A stretch of 64,000 bases of DNA, from positions 832,001 through 896,000 of the forward strand of contig CBDFIQ010000001.1 of assembly GCA_965248195.1 (NCBI GenBank), written 5' to 3'. Origin of the DNA: Longimicrobiales bacterium. Lineage in GTDB: Bacteria; Gemmatimonadota; Gemmatimonadetes; Longimicrobiales; Gaopeijiaceae. This document shows, piece after piece, positions 56,985 through 64,000 of the stretch. The position numbers were made by a program, and so were the translations under genes. The number at the start of each line of letters is the position of its first letter. Within the stretch, counting starts at the first letter, position 1. The notes below the pieces were generated by a model. It saw only the letters and a list, made by a program, of their open reading frames with translations, made no database searches and had not been told where the DNA came from.

Positions 56985-57575
56985 CTATTTTTCTCCCGCC
57001 TCCGAGATGTACCCCATCTCGAGGGCATATTCATAGAGCTGACTCTGTAGCTGTCGGCGTCCACGGAAGAGCCGACTCTTGACGGTTCCAACGGGAATCT
57101 CCATGACCTCGGCGATCTCCCCATAGGAAAGATCTTCCAGATCCGAAAGCACGACGGCCATTCGATACTCCTCCGGCAACTCCTCGATCGCCGCGAACAC
57201 CTGATCATCCACGATGGACCGGAAGAAGTCACCCTCCGGGTCCTCATCCCGGGATGCCGCAAACACCGGAGCCTCGCGGCTGATCGTTCGCGGATCGTCC
57301 TGCGCCGTTTCCAAAAGGATCGCATCATGGCGCTGGCTACGCTCCCGCCCCCTCAGAAACACATTCCTGCAGATCGTAAATAACCAACTCTTGCAGCGGG
57401 TTCCCGGCGCATACTGTTCCCACGCGCGAAAGGCGCGGAGGTAGGTGTCCTGCACGAGGTCTTCCGCTTCGTCTCGGGCCCCCGTTAGGCGCAACGCGAA
57501 TCTGAATACCGCATCCATGTGCGGGAGCGCATCCTCGGAAAAGCTGGCCCCCCGTGCGTTGCGGTCGCCGGGCAC
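56985..57575 (-). CDS. ECF RNA polymerase sigma factor (start uncertain)
   Basis: AEDLVQDTY, SWLFTI.RN, GTVKSRLFRGR. Confidence 0.93.
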   Translation of the reverse strand: MPGDRNARGASFSEDALPHMDAVFRFALRLTGARDEAEDLVQDTYLRAFRAWEQYAPGTRCKSWLFTICRNVFLRGRERSQRHDAILLETAQDDPRTISREAPVFAASRDEDPEGDFFRSIVDDQVFAAIEELPEEYRMAVVLSDLEDLSYGEIAEVMEIPVGTVKSRLFRGRRQLQSQLYEYALEMGYISEAGEK

Positions 57576-57606
57576 ATCCCCACCCGTTTTCAAGGGATGC
57601 CCAAGA

Positions 57607-58029
57607 TCAGTCCGGAAAAGCGAAGTCTCTGGCGAGTTCGTCTGTGACGGGCCCTCCGGTGACCAGTTCAACGAGGGCCTGCATCTCCAAGCCTACCTCG
57701 TACAGACGAGTCTGCACGGAGAAGGCATGAGCGAAATCAAAGTACGCGGACACGGCAACTTCATGCGCCGGATGATTGGTCGCGACCGTGGACTCCATCT
57801 CGACGCGAAGCATCTCGACGATGATCGCCACGGTGTGGAGCAACGACCTCTGCTCGGCGAGTGTGATCACCGAGAAGTCGCCACCGAGGCGCTGCATGAG
57901 GGCCGCCACCTGCTCGCGCTCCTCCGGAGGAGCGGCGATCACGCCGTGCTCGGGAGCATACCCTTCCAGGACCTGCCGCGCACCGGCCTTGAGGGCGGTC
58001 AGTTCCTCGAAGTTGCAGTGCACGATCAC
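57607..58029 (-). CDS. Conserved hypothetical protein
   Basis: GAGGAG RBS; coding-like ORF. Confidence 0.75.
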   Translation of the reverse strand: MIVHCNFEELTALKAGARQVLEGYAPEHGVIAAPPEEREQVAALMQRLGGDFSVITLAEQRSLLHTVAIIVEMLRVEMESTVATNHPAHEVAVSAYFDFAHAFSVQTRLYEVGLEMQALVELVTGGPVTDELARDFAFPD

Positions 58030-58106
58030 GTCATTCTCCTCATCCCGCGTGGTCCTAGTCCTTTCTACTTATTCGCTCCCCGTTTGTTTCTGCAAGTACC
58101 GAGTCT

Positions 58107-58526
58107 CTAGGCGGCGGCTCCAGGGCCCTGCGGTCCGTCTACTGACAACGGTAATGACACGTGATGCTCCCCATCCACCTTCACGTCGAAGCTATACATG
58201 CCCGGACCTGTGAAGACCAGTCCATCGAGATTGAGAATATGGGGAACGCGGATACCCTCTCCAAAGGACGGTCCTCCCGCCAACTGCATCTCTCCGTTGA
58301 GTGACAGTACTTCTTCGCCGCGCGGATCCGACATCCGAATTTGCACCTCGTGAGAACCGATCTCCGATGTCCCGGCGGTGAACCGCAATACCAGGGTAAC
58401 CCGCCCATGCTGAGCGGGAAACTGTACCACGCCGATGCGATCGAAAATCCCGAGGATACTCAATTTTCCCGACGCATCGATCGTGGCCGCATCCGCCAAC
58501 AATGCCAGGTCGATCTCCAATGTCAT
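58107..58526 (-). CDS. DUF6941-like protein
   Basis: ALLADAA...GKLSILGIFD. Confidence 0.75.
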   Translation of the reverse strand: MTLEIDLALLADAATIDASGKLSILGIFDRIGVVQFPAQHGRVTLVLRFTAGTSEIGSHEVQIRMSDPRGEEVLSLNGEMQLAGGPSFGEGIRVPHILNLDGLVFTGPGMYSFDVKVDGEHHVSLPLSVDGPQGPGAAA

Positions 58527-58568
58527 TCCCTCTGGTTACGACTGGTTACGCCGGCAACTCGTCTAGGC

Positions 58569-59303
58569 TTACGACAGCAATCTGTCTGCTACGACCAAGC
58601 CGACGACAAGGTCGATCAGAACGTGTGCGGCGATCGGCGGCCACACGCTCCCCGTATGGAGGAATACCATACCCATGATCACCCCGACCACTCCGGTGCG
58701 CACGACCCCTAATACCCCCTGGTACGAATGCAGGGCCGCGAAGGCCACCGACGTCACGGCAAGGGCCGCCGGAGCCGACCCGCCGGCGAGGATCACTGCG
58801 GGAATCGCATACCCCCGGTAGGCCAACTCCTCCCCGAACCCGGCACAGAACGACAACCCCGCGTAGAGGCCCTTTTCTCGACGCGTGACCGGCATCAACT
58901 CGTGTACGAGACGGCTTTCGCCCCACCCGCCCCTTTTTCGAATCACCAGGAAGAACCATAACGTTCCCACGCCAAGGGCGAAGGTGCCTGCACCCCAGGA
59001 CACCGCATGCGCGACGCGCCCAGGCTCTATTCGAAGGCCCATCGCCTCCATGCCCAACAGCCTCGACCCCAGCGTGAGGCTCAGGAAGCCCAAGAAAAGA
59101 ACCGTCAGGGCTGATGTTATGTACGCCTGAGCCCGCACCACGGCCAGATCACGAGCCAGATCGAGCTGGACAACAGCAAACACCGGAAGAAGTTCGATGA
59201 GTGCGGCGAGGAACAGAGCGTCGAGCCACCGGAGCGGCGTACTCGACAAGAGGACGTATACGACCACTGCGTATCCGATCAGACCAGCTATCGCAACTCT
59301 CAC
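58569..59303 (-). CDS. CPBP intramembrane glutamic endopeptidase
   Basis: EELAYRG, FAALHSYQG, H...D. Confidence 0.9.
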   Translation of the reverse strand: MRVAIAGLIGYAVVVYVLLSSTPLRWLDALFLAALIELLPVFAVVQLDLARDLAVVRAQAYITSALTVLFLGFLSLTLGSRLLGMEAMGLRIEPGRVAHAVSWGAGTFALGVGTLWFFLVIRKRGGWGESRLVHELMPVTRREKGLYAGLSFCAGFGEELAYRGYAIPAVILAGGSAPAALAVTSVAFAALHSYQGVLGVVRTGVVGVIMGMVFLHTGSVWPPIAAHVLIDLVVGLVVADRLLS

Positions 59304-59482
59304 TCGACGATCTCCCGCCTCGTCTGGCCGGCCATAGGCCGGCTGCTATCCCCATCCCAAACCGCAGCCCTCAGCCCGTCCTCTTCGTTCAACGCTTCAC
59401 AACGGGCCCCGTCGCCTCTAGGATTGTTTGGGGGGCTCGCTGTGGCGCCCCGGTCCGAGGACCACATCCTCAACGAGCTCAT

Positions 59483-59809
59483 ATGGAAACCGTTGCGAAA
59501 AAACCCAAGGCGATCTTCCGTGTGCTCGACTCAATGGAGGCCCCGTACGGCGGCTGGTTTCTGAAGTTGCGCTTCGAAACGGGTGATGCCCCTACAATCC
59601 GGGAACTGAAGAACGCCATTCTAAGCGTATCGTCTCCTGACGGAGCGACCTCATTCGAGGTCGAGGTGCAGGGGTTCCCCCTTTTCGGAGGATATCCCTC
59701 CGACGATCGGCTTCACAGGACCGGGCGTGTGGATATCCACGTAAGAGTGCTGGACGGAAGTGGACGCACGATCAGTGCCAAGTGGAAGGTGGCGGGGCCG
59801 CTTCGGTAG
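59483..59809 (+). CDS. Hypothetical protein
   Basis: Coding-like ORF METVAKK... Confidence 0.65.
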   Translation: METVAKKPKAIFRVLDSMEAPYGGWFLKLRFETGDAPTIRELKNAILSVSSPDGATSFEVEVQGFPLFGGYPSDDRLHRTGRVDIHVRVLDGSGRTISAKWKVAGPLR

Positions 59810-59861
59810 CGGCATGCCTCCTCCCCCCAACGACACGAGGCCCTCGTGCCTGGGGTGCGGC

Positions 59862-60581
59862 TCAATTCCCCTCCGGCTCCCTAAGGCCCGGCGGCTCCAT
59901 CTCGAAGGTCTCGACGAACCAGCGGCGGTACTCGTCCTCGCGTCCTGGATTCCCCTGTAGCCACGTAACGCGTCCTTCCTCGAACTCTTCGGGGCGCGCG
60001 GTGAGAATAAAAGCGTCCAAGAACCCGTTTTCGTGAGAAAAAAGAAGCTCGTCGAGCGGTCCGTAGGGAGGAATATCGAACACCGCACGCCCGTATAACC
60101 AGGCGTCGGACAGGCGGGAAAGAATCGCCCGTTCGAGGTCGTACCCCTCGGCACCGACCGCCTCGGGTAGAACTTCATCGAGCCGATCCATGGTGTCCAT
60201 CAAATGGAAGTGTCCATAGAAGGACATGAAGGATCCGGACTCCGGAGCCGAGGCGGTTACGAGAACCACAGCCGTGTCGCCACTGATACTCAACCCATCC
60301 CAAGGATACGTCTCCTCCCCCGTCCTGTTCTCGATAATCCAAAACGACGGATCGATGATGATGTTCTCTTGCTGCTCCCGAACCCAGATGTCGATTTCGG
60401 CCAGGCGGGCTTCGTCGGCATAGATTCGGGCGCCGGAATGATTGACGAGGGTACGTGGGGGCGGCAGAGAATACGCTCCGGCACAGGCTCCAGCAGCAAG
60501 GGCACCGGCGATAAGTAACGCTCCCAACCCCTGCCGGCGGCGGCGCTCTGCCGGGCTATACGGTGATGATCCAAGCGTCAT
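59862..60581 (-). CDS. Hypothetical lipoprotein
   Basis: Signal peptide with AGAC lipobox. Confidence 0.7.
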   Translation of the reverse strand: MTLGSSPYSPAERRRRQGLGALLIAGALAAGACAGAYSLPPPRTLVNHSGARIYADEARLAEIDIWVREQQENIIIDPSFWIIENRTGEETYPWDGLSISGDTAVVLVTASAPESGSFMSFYGHFHLMDTMDRLDEVLPEAVGAEGYDLERAILSRLSDAWLYGRAVFDIPPYGPLDELLFSHENGFLDAFILTARPEEFEEGRVTWLQGNPGREDEYRRWFVETFEMEPPGLREPEGN

Positions 60582-60694
60582 GACTGAAAAACTCCCTCGA
60601 GCGAGCCCGAAAAATCCTTGACACTCCCACCTCGCGGGGCGGAATTGGGACACCGTCGCAAAATGGATGTCACGTAAGAATGAATGGTTAAGAA

Positions 60695-61246
60695 ATGAGC
60701 GAGGACGGACAGGGGTTCCAAGCCCCCCAAACGATAACGCCTGATGGCCTTGCTGACGACCTGGCGGTCCTCGTCTGGGAGAGCTTCACCGACTTTATTT
60801 CGGAGTGGGAGGGCACCTCCACACTCGCGGATCCCGGCCTGATCGACGACGAGGGGCAGCCCGACCAGAGGGCCGTGGAAGAAGCCCTCATCTTCTTGAT
60901 GTGGGCCCATACCCGGGGCACCCAGCAAGCTTTCGTCGGTCGCGCGCCGGAGGACCTCCTCAAGAGGGCGCTCGACGGACTCCACGACGCGGTCCTCGAG
61001 GACATGGTGGATAATGGGACACCACGGGCACAACTACCCTATTTCGAAAAGCGTGTGAGCACGCGCTACTCGCAGTATCATGCCGCGGCGGCAGTGTCCG
61101 ACGTCGCCTTGGGGGAGGCCGTGGTCCATCATCTGACCGGATCCGCGGAATCTCCAGAGCCCTTCACTCAGGCCGTGACGGAGCGGGCTGTGGAAGTGAC
61201 GGGGCCGTTACGGGACTACCTCGAGGACGTCCAGCTCGTACCGTAA
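60695..61246 (+). CDS. Hypothetical protein
   Basis: Coding-like ORF. Confidence 0.7.
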   Translation: MSEDGQGFQAPQTITPDGLADDLAVLVWESFTDFISEWEGTSTLADPGLIDDEGQPDQRAVEEALIFLMWAHTRGTQQAFVGRAPEDLLKRALDGLHDAVLEDMVDNGTPRAQLPYFEKRVSTRYSQYHAAAAVSDVALGEAVVHHLTGSAESPEPFTQAVTERAVEVTGPLRDYLEDVQLVP

Positions 61247-61250
61247 AAGG

Positions 61251-61550
61251 CTACAACCCCAATGATGACCGAATCAGTGGAGCGATCCGCTCCGGGGTCC
61301 ACGGGGGATCGAACGTGAGGTCGACTTCGCAACTCTCCACCCCTTCGATCTCGGATATAGCGTTGCGGGCGTCCAACACGATCTGATCCGCGACCGGACA
61401 CATTGGTGACGTCAACGACATCACGACGTGCACGTCGCCTTCGTCTACTTCGATATCGTACACCAATCCGAGCACCACGAGGTCCAGGTTCAGCTCCGGA
61501 TCCTTCACGGTTTTCAGAGCACTCCGAACGTCTTTCTCGCTCACGGGCAT
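61251..61550 (-). CDS. Metal-sulfur cluster assembly factor (DUF59/SufT-like)
   Basis: VKDPEL..LVVLGLVY, LTSPMCP, FDPPWT. Confidence 0.92.
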   Translation of the reverse strand: MPVSEKDVRSALKTVKDPELNLDLVVLGLVYDIEVDEGDVHVVMSLTSPMCPVADQIVLDARNAISEIEGVESCEVDLTFDPPWTPERIAPLIRSSLGL

Positions 61551-61600
61551 ATCATGCAGTCCTGCGGTGTAGGCTACTGAATCGGCTGTATATTATCCCA

Positions 61601-62761
61601 TCAGTGCCGGCGTAGGAAGAGTACTGCCGTGTTATCCGCGTTGGACCCTTTCGCCCCCCGGATGGCTTGCTGCACCGTTTCCACAACTTCTCCGGCGGCC
61701 CTAGTCGGCAACCTCGATAGGGCATCGACCGCCCCCCGAAAGAGTCCCTTGGAGCCCCCGGAAAGAACCAGCATCAGATCACCGGAGCCGATCGGGATCT
61801 TCAGTATCCCAGGCTGAAAGCCCGCCCTCATTCCGAGCGGTGGCCCATGGTCGAAAAACTCGTTGAAGGTACCGTCCGTGCGGAGGAGGGCGCACTGAAG
61901 GCCGCCCGCGTTGGACCAAAGCACGTGGTCGCCGTGCGGAACGAGCATCCCTGCCTCCACGAACTGAACACCGGAAGGGACCTGGTTGTGGTAGAGACTG
62001 TCGCCGACACGGGCGAGCAGCGTCTGTGGCGGCTCCCCGGCGAGGCTGAACTCGTTGCAGAGCGCTCGAGCGATCGCGACCTGATGCAAGGGCGGCACCC
62101 GATCTCCCTGCAGAGCCAGCGCCACCAGCCCGACCCGGTCGTCCGAGAAACGAAGTGCCTCCCAAGCACTCAACTCGATGCCGGACCGGTTCGGTGCCGA
62201 GCCCCCAGCGACATCGAAGCCATCCACCCTGGGAGCGTTCCGCTCAAAGCGGACCGAACGCCCCCCTCCACGAGCGCCCTCCCCGGGGCCCGCTTCGCCA
62301 CGCTCAACGTTGACGAAGCGAACCCCGAGAGCCCGGAGCGCTTGCGAAAGGATCCTAAGCATGCGGAGGGAAAAACTGTCGCCGCCCATCAGCCTCTCGA
62401 AGTCATCCCTCGACAGGGTCATGCATTCACATTCTCGAGCCACCCTTGCGGTGGCAAACCGCGGAGCATTATTCAAGAGAGCCATCTCTCCAAACGCGTG
62501 CCCGGCCCTCCGCACCGCCAATTTCTCCTCTCCTCCTCCGGGCACGTGCTTCACGATCTCAACAGCCCCCGCCGTCACGACGTAGAACCTGTCGTCCTCA
62601 TCCCCCTCCTCGAACAGCAGATCACCTGGTTCTGCCTTGATTCGCTTGACGATCCCAGCCAGCGCCCGTAGTTCTTCGTCCGGGAGGCCTTTGAAAAGGG
62701 CCGCACGGCGCAGGGACTCCATCCCGTCCTCAGGCGACAGATTGTCTTGCTCGGTGATCAA
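61601..62761 (-). CDS. cNMP-binding domain fused to degenerate SpoIIE/PP2C-like domain
   Basis: FGEMALL..PRFAT; WSNAGG, GPPLG; catalytic Asp motifs altered. Confidence 0.8.
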   Translation of the reverse strand: MITEQDNLSPEDGMESLRRAALFKGLPDEELRALAGIVKRIKAEPGDLLFEEGDEDDRFYVVTAGAVEIVKHVPGGGEEKLAVRRAGHAFGEMALLNNAPRFATARVARECECMTLSRDDFERLMGGDSFSLRMLRILSQALRALGVRFVNVERGEAGPGEGARGGGRSVRFERNAPRVDGFDVAGGSAPNRSGIELSAWEALRFSDDRVGLVALALQGDRVPPLHQVAIARALCNEFSLAGEPPQTLLARVGDSLYHNQVPSGVQFVEAGMLVPHGDHVLWSNAGGLQCALLRTDGTFNEFFDHGPPLGMRAGFQPGILKIPIGSGDLMLVLSGGSKGLFRGAVDALSRLPTRAAGEVVETVQQAIRGAKGSNADNTAVLFLRRH

Positions 62762-62985
62762 GTCAGCGGCCCTCTGAACGAGTCTTGCCGATTCGTCGAT
62801 CCAAAGTACGCGTCTGTGGAAGTCGTGGGAAAGGACGTCTGATCGGGCCGAGTGGGCTTGCCCGAGACGGTCCGCTCCCGGTGGCCGCCGATAAGGCGCT
62901 CGCCCAAATGGGTGGCCTGTCCATAAATTTCAGAAACGTTGCCAATCGCCACCCCTTCACCGGAGACGGGATCGCGGAGAACGCA

Positions 62986-63888
62986 ATGGACCAGGTCTCA
63001 CCAGCTACGACGATCGACGCAGGAAGCGAGCGCTCGGTAATCAAGGCTACCTGCTGGGGTACTCGGGGCTCCATCGCCAGCCCCGGCCCAGACACCGTCA
63101 GATTCGGCGGGAATACGCCCTGCCTGGAGGTCCGGATTCGGGATGGACGCCGCTTCATCTTCGACGCCGGCACCGGCATCCGCCCTCTCGGCGTGAGCAT
63201 GATGGGTGGAACCGGCACATCCGACGCCGTGATTTTTCTCACGCACTTCCACTGGGACCACATCCAGGGGTTTCCCTTCTTTCTGCCGCTTTATGAGCCG
63301 GACGCCTCGTTCCGCATCGTCGGCCCAGACCAAGAAAGCGCCGACGTCGAAAAGCTCTTCGCCACTCAGATGGCGCCGATCAATTTCCCGGTCCCCTTCA
63401 CCGCGCTCTCAGCCAGGAAGGAGTTCTCGAATCTCGACGGGGGCACGTGGGAAGACGACGGGTTCTGCGTCCGCGCCCTACGGATGAGGCATCCGTCGTT
63501 CACTGTCGGACACCGAGTGGATTATGGTGGGGTCTCGCTGGCATACATGCCAGACAACGAACTGGCCGGTGCGGGCTACGACGTGGGAAAGGGATGGCGG
63601 AAGCGCCTGGTAGATTTTCTCGGTGACGTGGACGTGCTGATCCACGATGCCATGTTCACCGAGGAGGAGTACGGGTCCAAAGCGGACTGGGGACACTCGA
63701 CTTTCAGCCAGACCGTGGAGCTCGCGCACGAGGCGGGCGCAAAGAGGGTCCTGTTCTTTCACCACGACCCCGGCCGGAGTGACCAGGAGCTGTCGGAGAT
63801 CGTCGACTCTCACAGAGGCGAAGCCGCAGCACGCGGCTACTCCGTCGAAATCGGCGCAGCGGCGGAGCGCGATGAAATCATCGGCTGA
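62986..63888 (+). CDS. MBL-fold metallo-hydrolase (cyclic-nucleotide PDE-like)
   Basis: WGTRGS, GGNT.C, DAGTG, THFHWDHIQG, WGHS, FHHDP. Confidence 0.92.
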   Translation: MDQVSPATTIDAGSERSVIKATCWGTRGSIASPGPDTVRFGGNTPCLEVRIRDGRRFIFDAGTGIRPLGVSMMGGTGTSDAVIFLTHFHWDHIQGFPFFLPLYEPDASFRIVGPDQESADVEKLFATQMAPINFPVPFTALSARKEFSNLDGGTWEDDGFCVRALRMRHPSFTVGHRVDYGGVSLAYMPDNELAGAGYDVGKGWRKRLVDFLGDVDVLIHDAMFTEEEYGSKADWGHSTFSQTVELAHEAGAKRVLFFHHDPGRSDQELSEIVDSHRGEAAARGYSVEIGAAAERDEIIG

Positions 63889-63900
63889 GAATCACGTCGA

Positions 63901-64000
63901 ATGAGAACGTTCTTCGTGTTCTCTCCCCGCGGCGAGGTCCCGGAGGTCCTTCACGCCCTGGGAGAGGGCGTCGACATCGTTGTAATCTCGGACCTGGCAG
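63901..64000 (+). CDS. Partial CDS at window edge
   Basis: ATG 12 nt after the MBL stop, open to the end. Confidence 0.5.
   Translation, partial: MRTFFVFSPRGEVPEVLHALGEGVDIVVISDLA

Overview
GC-rich bacterial chromosome segment; the host gene set suggests Gemmatimonadota (inference). Positions 1 to ~21,240 are a lambda-like prophage on the minus strand. Its head/tail module looks intact (tail chaperone with -1 frameshift, tail tube, gpU/FII/FI-like, capsid E, decoration D, S49 protease/scaffold, portal, gpW, TerL, TerS) and a lambda-like cos site precedes terS. Its replication/accessory region is decayed and mosaic: IS256 in the initiator, truncated HNH, three methyltransferase remnants, and no integrase or repressor in view. 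A 199-bp inverted repeat carrying cosQ and iterons brackets the putative late promoter. The rest is host DNA: pyrE, modAB/C, an AOS (SPT-like)/lipid kinase cluster, tRNA-Asn, queG/queE, a ParC-like topoisomerase and an ECF sigma/anti-sigma pair. An accessory patch beside tRNA-Asn holds an IS3-split Wza-like gene, an IS256-truncated STAND/TPR ATPase and a membrane HD-GYP phosphodiesterase. An unannotated 20-aa hydrophobic peptide gene sits directly upstream of that HD-GYP gene, enclosed by an RNA stem that masks its ribosome-binding site. This cassette is the best candidate for an undescribed system.
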